Under the pieces are notes generated by a model. It was given only the letters and a program-made list of their open reading frames with translations, made no database searches and had not been told where the DNA came from. Both the position numbers and the translations under genes were made by a program. Below, one piece after another: positions 43,938 to 51,681 of a stretch of 64,000 nucleotides of DNA; position 1 is the first letter of the stretch; each line of letters starts with the position of its first letter. The stretch comes from an uncultured Pseudomonadales bacterium. Lineage in GTDB: Bacteria; Patescibacteriota; Microgenomatia; UBA1400; PJMF01. The stretch lies in the NCBI GenBank assembly GCA_964406075.1, contig CAYOQI010000002.1, positions 160,565-224,564 on the forward strand, in the 5' to 3' direction.

Positions 43938-44971
43938 ATCTCACTCTTTCCAAACCACATCTTTTCATAAACATTTGCCATTTTTTTCCACGTTTGCTGA
44001 TTTGCCCAATTTTCAGCATCATTACTACTAACTTTCTTATACTGAAGTATCTTTTCAACAATTTCTTCTGGTTTTTTTACGATGCTTATCCATTTCGAAA
44101 ATGGTGCTAATGATAAGTAATCAAATTTAATTTCATTATTTGCATGTGCAATAACAGAAACTCCTTGTTCTAACGCTGACAGAATTGCTAAATAACGAGA
44201 TACAAAAGCAATGTCATAGTGTGGTAACTTTTCTTCCGCATTTTTAATAAATCCATAAAATGTGACTGGCAACTTATTTTGTTGTACAAAAATTTCCGCC
44301 TCTTTTCTTTGCGGTCCGTCACCATACACATCTAACTCAATTTCTTTTCCTTTTTGAATCAGTAACTGCATGGCTTTGAGATAATCCATGATTCCGACAT
44401 CTTCCGCCAAACGTCCTATATACACAGCTTTTAATTTTGAACTTCTTTTTACATTTCTCTTCACTTCAGTTGGAGAAATTGCTCCATACGACACTTCACT
44501 TGTTTTCATTTGATACCATTTGTTGTGAAAATCTCCGATCGCTAAAGATCCGTAACTTAATGAATTCCATAGTTGGTGTGCTCGAATTTGAGAATCACTG
44601 GGAACTTCACTGCCTTCATATCCATGAAAAGTAATGAAAAACTTTTTCCAAAAAAGTAAAAATCGTATAGGTAAAATCCACCAAAACACATCGTGTGCAT
44701 GAATCACATCCGCTCTCCAAAAAAGTGGAAGATGCTGCATTGTCCAAACCCAAGTTGAAATTTTTTTATCAAATGATGATTGAGGAATTCGATAGAGAGT
44801 GAACTGGGATGTTTTTTCGTAGAGAGGAAGATTTGATTCAGTTTGATTCGTAATGATAGTGATGTTGTATCCTCGACTTTTTAACTCTTTTGTTAGCTCT
44901 TGGACGTGTGCTTCCACTCCTCCGACATGCGGATGAAAATACTTCGTCAGAAAAAGAATATTCTTCATCAC
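43934..44971 (-). CDS. GT4-like glycosyltransferase
   Basis: FLTKYFHPHVGGVEAHVQEL is a GT4 N-terminal motif. There is a 4-nt overlap with the upstream methyltransferase. Confidence 0.7.
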   Translation of the reverse strand: MMKNILFLTKYFHPHVGGVEAHVQELTKELKSRGYNITIITNQTESNLPLYEKTSQFTLYRIPQSSFDKKISTWVWTMQHLPLFWRADVIHAHDVFWWILPIRFLLFWKKFFITFHGYEGSEVPSDSQIRAHQLWNSLSYGSLAIGDFHNKWYQMKTSEVSYGAISPTEVKRNVKRSSKLKAVYIGRLAEDVGIMDYLKAMQLLIQKGKEIELDVYGDGPQRKEAEIFVQQNKLPVTFYGFIKNAEEKLPHYDIAFVSRYLAILSALEQGVSVIAHANNEIKFDYLSLAPFSKWISIVKKPEEIVEKILQYKKVSSNDAENWANQQTWKKMANVYEKMWFGKSEI

Positions 44972-45720
44972 TTCTTTCTACAAATGAAAATGAGGTTACT
45001 TTCACCAAAAACTTTTACAAGAAAATTATCAACAATATGAAACCAAATAACCAAAGGACCTCTAATTATTTTAATTACTTTCCCAACATATGGAAATGTA
45101 TATAAGCTATTTCTTAAAATACTTTCATTTTTACCCATTTCAACAATCTCAAAACCATTTTTTTGAAGCTTTTCTTTCAACTGGTGCTGGTTATATCTCC
45201 GTAAATGTCCAACTTTTCTGTCAAATTCTTTTAGTAAGCCTAATCTATGAAGAGGGGCGTTTTCAGATGGAGTCGTTAAAAAAAGATACCCGCCTTTTTT
45301 CAGTGTAGCGTTAATAGTTTGGAGAAGTTTTTCATCATTCTCAATATGTTCAATGACTTCCGAACAAATTGCCAAATCGAATTCACCTTTTTCTAATTTA
45401 ATCTTTCCTAAATCACCTCTAAGAAATTTTGTGTTCACTTGCTTATTAAAATCTTTAAAGGCATTGCAAATATTGATTGCATCCTGAGAGACATCTATAC
45501 CAACAATATCGTGACCTTTCTTAGCGAGAAAGAAATCAATTGTTCCTACACCACATCCTAAATCAATAATTTTTATTTTCTTTTTTTTGATACTTGTAAG
45601 AACCCTATGAATATATTGTATATTTAAATAGTAAGTAAAATTGTACTCAGAAATTACAGAAAAATATTTTTTGTTTTTATTGTTTAAATGGTAGTTATCG
45701 TAAAATTTAGGTTTTTTCAT
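44968..45720 (-). CDS. Class I SAM-dependent methyltransferase
   Basis: Motif I IIDLGCGVG and motif II DLAICSEVIEHI. Confidence 0.85.
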   Translation of the reverse strand: MKKPKFYDNYHLNNKNKKYFSVISEYNFTYYLNIQYIHRVLTSIKKKKIKIIDLGCGVGTIDFFLAKKGHDIVGIDVSQDAINICNAFKDFNKQVNTKFLRGDLGKIKLEKGEFDLAICSEVIEHIENDEKLLQTINATLKKGGYLFLTTPSENAPLHRLGLLKEFDRKVGHLRRYNQHQLKEKLQKNGFEIVEMGKNESILRNSLYTFPYVGKVIKIIRGPLVIWFHIVDNFLVKVFGESNLIFICRKK

Positions 45721-45726
45721 ACACAC

Positions 45727-47580
45727 ATGAAAAAAGTTTTTCTATCATCTTTCTTCTTCTTAAGTTTCTTTTATATTTTACCTTTGAATCAAGTTAATGC
45801 TAGCAAGATAATATTTAGTGAAGATTTTTCTGACCAGATACTTGAGGACTGGTCAGAAAAAAGAAATTCTCAATGGTCTAATCCTTCATCTAAATGTAAA
45901 TTTGGACTCCAAGATGCCTCCTGGAAAATTGAGAATGGCAAAGCTGGTATTGAAATTAATGGCCATGGGTGTGTTACTGAACTTACTCCAGATAATTTCT
46001 CTTTGACTAACATAAAAAACTTTTCATATAAGTTAGATATTTCACTTCCTCAAACAACGAATGTCGACCGAAATTATGTTATTAAGTATATCGATGGCAA
46101 TAATTGGATTGGTGTACACATTATTAACCAAGACGTCATATTTCAAAAAGTTGTAAATGGAACAGGATATTTCCTTAACAGATATCAATCCAGTTACAAT
46201 TTTGTAGCGAATCAAGAATATGAATTTGAAAACATAATTCTTGATGATAATAGAGTAAAAGTACTAATTAATGGGGATGAAGTCCTTAATTTTATTGATG
46301 AGGCTCCGTTTATTACCGACGGGACAATTGGCTTACAGGCAAGTGTGGGTGCCGTTACTAATTCCAAAGTCCTCTTCGACAATATCATCGTCACAGACCT
46401 GGATACCGTTGATCTAGAAGTGCCCTTTTTCTCACAAAATAACCCGCTCTGGGGAAACGATGAATATGACTCAGCGTCTGATTACCCATGGGGTGAAGAC
46501 GATCCGAGCATTGATGCATGGGGATGTTATATGAGTTCAGCAGCAATGATGCTTCGGTTTCATGAACATACTTCACTTCCTGATGGAACGGATTTAAATC
46601 CTCAATCACTCAATCAATGGCTGAATGAAATAGACCTTGGGAAAAAAGGGCAAGGATATATCAAAGGAAATACAAATTACAATGCCATTACTCACTTAAC
46701 AGTACTCAATAACCAAATTGATTCAGATTTACCAAAATTCGAATACATGTTTAAGGATAAGAATGATGAATTCTTAAAAAATGAGCTCAAGGCTGGGCGA
46801 CCTGTTATGCTTCAAGTCACTTCTACCTTTGGACAACATTTTGTCGTAGCAAAAGGAATAAATAACGAGGATAAAATTGTTATTAACGATCCCGAAGCTA
46901 CACAAGGTGGAACACTTCTAGAAAAATATAATGATCAATATGTGAGCATGAGAACATATACACCCACTCAATCAGACCTGAGTTATTTTATGTTTGTTCC
47001 CTCTTCCCCAGATCTTCAACTAACACTTAAGGATGAGAATGGAAATATTATTCCTTTGCAAATCGTAATGGATGATGCTGTCTCACACCAAACTACCTCG
47101 GGAATGAAACAGCCCGATAATCCAGTACTTGGTATTCCTAAACCAGAAACTGGTACATACACTTTGGAAGTAAGTTCTTCTGTTGTTGGTCCATACTCTG
47201 TAGGAACCTTTCTATACAATAATCGAGCTGAAGCCAACATTTTCGAATCCACTGGATTCATAAGTGAAGAACCAGTTTCACTCACTATTAATTTCGACAA
47301 AACTGACGGCGGTGAAATGGAAGAAGAACAAATTGGTTTTGAAGAATTTATCTACGATTTAGATTTGATGTGGGAAATCGGCCATTTCAAAAAATTTGCC
47401 TTGTACAAAGTGATGCGGATTGAAGCACAAATTGCGAACAAAGCTCCAAAAAGAAATACCCAGCTTGCGCTTGCAAAAACTATTCAGAAATCAATTCAAT
47501 TGATGAAGCCTGCAACATTATCTCCCGAGGGAAAAGAGTACCTATTAACACGCATTCAACTTGTGATTGATGGGTTGTAA
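45727..47580 (+). CDS. Secreted protein: LamG/DUF1080-like jelly-roll domain plus C39-like (papain-fold) peptidase domain
   Basis: ATG 45727 gives the signal peptide MKKVFLSSFFFLSFFYILPLNQVNA. VPFFSQNNPLWGN...AWGCYMSSAAMMLRF is Peptidase_C39_2-like. An alternative ATG lies at 45688. Confidence 0.7.
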   Translation: MKKVFLSSFFFLSFFYILPLNQVNASKIIFSEDFSDQILEDWSEKRNSQWSNPSSKCKFGLQDASWKIENGKAGIEINGHGCVTELTPDNFSLTNIKNFSYKLDISLPQTTNVDRNYVIKYIDGNNWIGVHIINQDVIFQKVVNGTGYFLNRYQSSYNFVANQEYEFENIILDDNRVKVLINGDEVLNFIDEAPFITDGTIGLQASVGAVTNSKVLFDNIIVTDLDTVDLEVPFFSQNNPLWGNDEYDSASDYPWGEDDPSIDAWGCYMSSAAMMLRFHEHTSLPDGTDLNPQSLNQWLNEIDLGKKGQGYIKGNTNYNAITHLTVLNNQIDSDLPKFEYMFKDKNDEFLKNELKAGRPVMLQVTSTFGQHFVVAKGINNEDKIVINDPEATQGGTLLEKYNDQYVSMRTYTPTQSDLSYFMFVPSSPDLQLTLKDENGNIIPLQIVMDDAVSHQTTSGMKQPDNPVLGIPKPETGTYTLEVSSSVVGPYSVGTFLYNNRAEANIFESTGFISEEPVSLTINFDKTDGGEMEEEQIGFEEFIYDLDLMWEIGHFKKFALYKVMRIEAQIANKAPKRNTQLALAKTIQKSIQLMKPATLSPEGKEYLLTRIQLVIDGL

Positions 47581-47628
47581 TTCTCTGCTTTTCCAGACTA
47601 AATCTAGTCTTCATGGTAAAATTCCAGA

Positions 47629-48663
47629 ATGGCAAATTTTTGGCATACCCTTCCAGCAGGTTTTATCGGTCTCTCTCCAATGGATGGAGTGACTGACTGT
47701 GCCTTTCGAACCATTTCAAAAAAACACGGTAATCCGGATGTGATGTATACCGAGTTTACAAGTGTCGAAGGAATTGCCCATGGTGCCACTCGCTTACTGC
47801 GTGATTTTTTATACGAAGAAACTCAACGACCGATTATCGCCCAAGTGTTTGGACATACCCCCAGAGATTTCTATACTTCCACGATTGTTGTGTGCGAACT
47901 TGGATTTGATGCAATAGATATCAATATGGGTTGTCCGATGAAAAATATTGCATCACAAGGCAGTGGCGCTGCATTGATTCGAACTCCAAAGCTCGCTCAA
48001 GAAATTATTCGATCAGTTCAACAAGCGGTCATCGACTGGTCGAATGGAAAAACATTAGATGATATTGATCTGACTGATGAAATGAAATCAGTACTTTCAC
48101 AAAGGAAAGTATCAAGGCAAGATAAAGAACCGTTGCCTGTTTCTGTTAAAACCAGAATTGGATATGACAATCCAGTCATTGAAGAATGGATTCCCAATTT
48201 ACTTGAAATGAAACCAGTCGCAATTGCAATTCATGGTCGAACCTTGAAACAAGCCTATTCGGGACAAGCTCAATGGGAATTTATTGGAAAAGCAGTTGAA
48301 CTTGCAAAAGATTCTGACACGTTAATGATTGGCAATGGTGATGTCAAAAGTGTGGCACATGCACGAGAACGCATTCGTGATTATGGCGTAGATGGTGTAT
48401 TAATCGGTCGAGAAGCATTTGGTAATCCGTGGATTTTTAAGGAAAAAATCCCTACCGCCAGCGAAAGATTTTCTGTCGCCATTGAGCACGTCGAACTATA
48501 TGAGAAGTTGCATTCACATGAGGCGTTTTACCAATTTATACCAATGCGAAAACATCTCGGTTGGTATATCAAAGATATGCCCAGGGCTGCTGAAATCAGA
48601 CAACAACTTTTTTCAAGTCATACAGCAGAAGAAGTACTGCATATATTGAAAAATAATTTATGA
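47629..48663 (+). CDS. dus: tRNA-dihydrouridine synthase
   Basis: LSPMDGVTDCAFR, IDINMGCP, VSVKTRIG and IAIHGRT. Confidence 0.9.
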   Translation: MANFWHTLPAGFIGLSPMDGVTDCAFRTISKKHGNPDVMYTEFTSVEGIAHGATRLLRDFLYEETQRPIIAQVFGHTPRDFYTSTIVVCELGFDAIDINMGCPMKNIASQGSGAALIRTPKLAQEIIRSVQQAVIDWSNGKTLDDIDLTDEMKSVLSQRKVSRQDKEPLPVSVKTRIGYDNPVIEEWIPNLLEMKPVAIAIHGRTLKQAYSGQAQWEFIGKAVELAKDSDTLMIGNGDVKSVAHARERIRDYGVDGVLIGREAFGNPWIFKEKIPTASERFSVAIEHVELYEKLHSHEAFYQFIPMRKHLGWYIKDMPRAAEIRQQLFSSHTAEEVLHILKNNL

Positions 48664-49040
48664 TAGAAACCCAACCTAGTACAGTAAGAATTTTCGAAGC
48701 AAAAAAAGATTCTCCTCTTTTACTTCCTTTCACAAGAGGAAAATTTATTCGATCAGAAAAAAAGATATTCTTTGCTGAATTTTCAACTGAAGTTCATCAC
48801 TGGCAGTTAGCAGGAACATCAAAACGTACAGATGCCTTATCTGCAAGATATGATGATGCCGGCTTAATAATAAAGAGTAAAAATAATCTTATTCTTTTAA
48901 CTGGCGCATCAGGAGGATTAAGAAATCAAAAAGGTGTAGACTTTGCACAACTTTCAGAAGAAGATCTTTTGTTATTACACAATCAAACTGCTCTCATGCT
49001 AAACGGAATGAATTTAGGAGTGAATTTTTCTGTAATCTAA
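48660..49040 (+). CDS. Hypothetical protein
   Basis: 126-aa ORF with a 4-nt overlap with dus. Confidence 0.5.
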   Translation: MIETQPSTVRIFEAKKDSPLLLPFTRGKFIRSEKKIFFAEFSTEVHHWQLAGTSKRTDALSARYDDAGLIIKSKNNLILLTGASGGLRNQKGVDFAQLSEEDLLLLHNQTALMLNGMNLGVNFSVI

Positions 49041-49061
49041 TTACAAACCACAAAAGATATG

Positions 49062-49094
49062 TGGACCCGACAGGATTCGAACCTGTGACCTCAC
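49062..49094 (-). pseudogene. Orphan tRNA 3' fragment (variable loop, T arm, acceptor 3' strand)
   Basis: Minus strand reads GAGGTC-ACAGG-TTCGAAT-CCTGT-CGGGTCC-A. No matching GGACCCG 5' strand or D arm lies upstream; palindrome copy 3 sits there instead. Confidence 0.65.
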
Positions 49095-49097
49095 GAA

Positions 49098-49117
49098 CCT
49101 GCCTACCGGCAGGCAGG
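49098..49117. repeat. GC palindrome copy 3 (CCTGCCTACCGGCAGGCAGG)
   Basis: Extended by flanking TCAC/GTGA pairing. It lies between tRNA-Val and the tRNA fragment. Confidence 0.9.
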
Positions 49118-49150
49118 TGTGAATCATAGAATTTTTCAAACCGAAAACCG

Positions 49151-49224
49151 TGCTCACACCAGGACTCGAACCTGGGACCTCTGCAATGTGAATGCAGCGC
49201 TCTAACCAACTGAGCTATGTGAGC
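49151..49224 (-). tRNA. tRNA-Val (anticodon CAC)
   Basis: GCTCACA-TA-GCTC-AGTTGGTTA-GAGC-G-CTGCA-TTCACAT-TGCAG-AGGTC-CCAGG-TTCGAGT-CCTGG-TGTGAGC-A. Confidence 0.9.
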
Positions 49225-49275
49225 ACAAAATAGAATAACCTCAGCCATAGGCTGCCGGCCCGCCTCTGGAGGGAT

Positions 49276-49315
49276 CCGCCTTGGGCGGAAACTGACCTGC
49301 CTGCCGGCAGGCAGG
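49276..49315. repeat. Hairpin CCGCC-TTG-GGCGG plus GC palindrome copy 4 (CCTGCCTGCCGGCAGGCAGG)
   Basis: Palindrome at 49296..49315. It lies within the ~110-nt GC-rich leader between the promoter and tRNA-Val. Confidence 0.9.
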
Positions 49316-49340
49316 GCTACGAGTCCGTTAGCAGACTGCT

Positions 49341-49349
49341 AGTATACCA
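49341..49349 (-). promoter_or_regulatory. Extended -10 promoter (TGGTATACT) for the tRNA-Val transcription unit
   Basis: Minus strand reads AATGGTATACTAGCAG. Confidence 0.45.
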
Positions 49350-49415
49350 TTTCTCCCATCGCAACTCGATCATCATATTGATTCACGAACTATTTCAGCC
49401 GTAGGATAGTAATTG

Positions 49416-50045
49416 ATGTCTTCTCTACTTTGGGATTTTATCAGTCCACCTTTTTGTGCAAGCTGTGAATCTTCTGGGAATTACCTTTGTCCCAATTGTT
49501 TAAAAAAATTGCAGTTTTACTCTGATCCTATTCCTTCCCAACTCCAAACCAATTATCTTGATGAATTGTATGCAACGGTACACTTCACTTCTCCTGCGAC
49601 TGAACTCATCCATTTATTAAAATTTAAGAGCTACTGGAGTTTAGCTGAACCGATTGCAGAGATCATGACTACCTTTCTTCCAATGTCCGAAAAATTAACA
49701 CTATTAACTTCAATTCCACTTCATAAGCAACGTGAATGGGATCGCGGATTTAACCAATCTGAAAAAATTGCTGAATTCCTGAGTCGAAAATGGAAAGTAA
49801 AAAGAAAGAAATTATTAATAAGAAAAAAAGCTACAACCCCTCAGGCTGAGTTGAATAGAGAAAAAAGATTAACACATGTACAGAACGCTTTTATATATCA
49901 AAGTAAAGTAAATCTGCAAAACGAAGTGGTCGGATTAGTCGATGATGTCTCGACAACAGGTACTACGTTAAATGAATGTGCGAAAGTTTTAAAAGAACAT
50001 GGAGCAAAAAAAGTTATTGGAATTGTCTTCGCGCATGGAAAATGA
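49416..50045 (+). CDS. comF: ComF-family phosphoribosyltransferase-domain protein
   Basis: N-terminal Cys pairs CASC...CPNC and a C-terminal PRTase motif VGLVDDVSTTGTTL. Confidence 0.85.
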   Translation: MSSLLWDFISPPFCASCESSGNYLCPNCLKKLQFYSDPIPSQLQTNYLDELYATVHFTSPATELIHLLKFKSYWSLAEPIAEIMTTFLPMSEKLTLLTSIPLHKQREWDRGFNQSEKIAEFLSRKWKVKRKKLLIRKKATTPQAELNREKRLTHVQNAFIYQSKVNLQNEVVGLVDDVSTTGTTLNECAKVLKEHGAKKVIGIVFAHGK

Positions 50046-50198
50046 AAAAAAGAAATTGGAATGAATACACTTAGTATTTTGAGTAATACAAAAAAATATG
50101 CGTATAGACAATTACTTGTAAGCATTCAACAATAGAAAGTACCATTCAAAATTATCCGCTATGGAGGACAAAAACTTAATAGTAAAGAAGGACAACAT

Positions 50199-51083
50199 AT
50201 GTCATGGTTATCGAGCTTACTCACTAAAACTTTGTCATCAGCACCAAAATCTATTCCGCTCCCGGTTTCTCGAAATAAAGGGGTTATTACTCCAGGATTA
50301 AAAAAGAGTGTCACGCAAGCTTTTAAAGATTACCAAAAAAATGGCGTCGCAATCATTCCAAAGGTTTTCACCAAACAAGAGGCTGATAATATTCGCGCAG
50401 CCACCTTCATGACCTTGACTACACTGCACATGAGTACAGACTACACCGCTCGTCACCGAGAATTAGAAACACGAACTCGACCAGATCAGGAATATCCTCT
50501 TTTACTATTTTGGCCATCATTACGAAACCAATATCTGAATGATATTCGGGAAGATCGTCGTTACCAATATATTTTAAAAAAGTTTTTAGGTGATGATATT
50601 AAACAATTAAATAACCAAGTCTACTTTCGAATGCCTGGAGATGGAGATTCATTTCATTGGCATCAAGATGTGGTATTTCGAACTCCGGCTGAAGATTATC
50701 CTGGAATTGAAGACAGTTATTTACAAACCATTGTTGTCGTCGATGAAATTACTCCAGACAATGGGGCGGTAGAGTACGTGCACGGATCTCACAAATTGGG
50801 GAATCTCCAGTTGACTGATCCTCAGTTTAAAAATTTGCGAGAATTTGATACGAAAGTAGTGAAAAAATTATTTCCTAAAGATACACCCAAAAAAGCGTTA
50901 GCCCAACCTGGGGATGTTCTCGTATGGTCAGTCATGTCAGTTCATGGCTCCCGACCAAACAACTCACCGCATATGCGGATGACCTATATGAATGGATTTG
51001 CTAAAGCAACGGCTGCAAAAAATTGGCCAATGTACTTGGAGAATGGCAAACTTCAGCCACTAGATCCTAGTAAAATTATCTAA
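50199..51083 (+). CDS. Phytanoyl-CoA dioxygenase (PhyH) family Fe(II)/2-OG oxygenase
   Basis: FHWHQD...GAVEYVHGSHK...MSVHGSRPN (HxD...H facial triad). Confidence 0.75.
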   Translation: MSWLSSLLTKTLSSAPKSIPLPVSRNKGVITPGLKKSVTQAFKDYQKNGVAIIPKVFTKQEADNIRAATFMTLTTLHMSTDYTARHRELETRTRPDQEYPLLLFWPSLRNQYLNDIREDRRYQYILKKFLGDDIKQLNNQVYFRMPGDGDSFHWHQDVVFRTPAEDYPGIEDSYLQTIVVVDEITPDNGAVEYVHGSHKLGNLQLTDPQFKNLREFDTKVVKKLFPKDTPKKALAQPGDVLVWSVMSVHGSRPNNSPHMRMTYMNGFAKATAAKNWPMYLENGKLQPLDPSKII

Positions 51084-51156
51084 TTGCTGAGAAAGTCTAT
51101 TGCTCATCTTTGCTAATGAGCAGCATTCGCTTTTATTTCATTTTATTTCACTAAAA

Positions 51157-51165
51157 TGCTATAAT
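51157..51165 (+). promoter_or_regulatory. Extended -10 promoter (TGCTATAAT) upstream of ssrA
   Basis: TGCTATAAT at 51157..51165, about 55 nt before the mature tmRNA 5' end. Confidence 0.45.
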
Positions 51166-51219
51166 AATCATCCTAATTGAGATTCAGAACTTAATTTTTT
51201 AAGTTTTATTCTTATTTAT

Positions 51220-51624
51220 GGGGATGTACCGCTTCGACGTGTACGTACTTTTACATCTGCAGACCATCTCTGACACTTGAGATGTTAATACCAGTGTTAA
51301 ACCAAAACTGAAACAATTTCAGCCAAAGTGCAAAAAATTGGTCGAGAAATCGCCAGTCTTTTCACTCCAGTAGCTACTCCAGCTTACGCTTTAGTAGCCT
51401 AATGGCATTCGCTTGATTCTCTCACGGACGGAATCTTGCGGGTGACAACTCAGTGCGTGTGACTGTTTCTTCGTACAGTTCCGAAGAGACGTAAGCCTTT
51501 GAACTGCAGACAAGATGACCGGTTGGTCCGATAACCACTTCTTGTCACACTGAAAATCGGAACATGTCTGTAGAAGATGTCATCGTAGAGTATGCGGACA
51601 GGGGCTCACTGCCCCTCATCTCCA
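51220..51624 (+). ncRNA. ssrA: tmRNA (SsrA)
   Basis: The 5' end is GGGGATGTACCGCTTCGACG. The 3' acceptor CATCTCC-A pairs with GGGGATG, including G3:U70. The tag reading frame ends ...CCAGCTTACGCTTTAGTAGCCTAA (PAYALVA*), with the stop at 51400..51402. Confidence 0.9.
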
Positions 51625-51630
51625 CAAAAG

Positions 51631-51659
51631 AAAAAAGAGCTCGCAAGCTCTTTTTTTTA
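51631..51659. terminator. Bidirectional rho-independent terminator (ssrA / ftsK)
   Basis: AAAAAAGAGCT-CGCA-AGCTCTTTTTTTT. Confidence 0.8.
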
Positions 51660-51681
51660 TGACAATTTTTAGTAGTGTTTT

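Noticed and set aside
49062-49140. Full tRNA with an 8-nt anticodon loop or intron, or a split tRNA
   Set aside because: The upstream 45 nt lack an acceptor 5' strand (GGACCCG) and a D arm. No complementary 5' half was found in the window. It is called a 3' fragment instead.
48994-49248. 84-aa ORF in the track (…LPAGRQVREVTGSNPVG…)
   Set aside because: It lies antisense or co-linear over tRNA-Val, the tRNA 3' fragment and palindrome copy 3. Its sequence is a translation of RNA genes and repeats, not a gene.
49225-49335. GC-rich leader of tRNA-Val as a possible SRP (4.5S) RNA or extra tRNA
   Set aside because: CAGGTCAG and GGCAGCC are only partial matches. It has no GNRA-capped domain IV helix and no T loop or acceptor pairing. 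It is better explained as palindrome and hairpin repeats.
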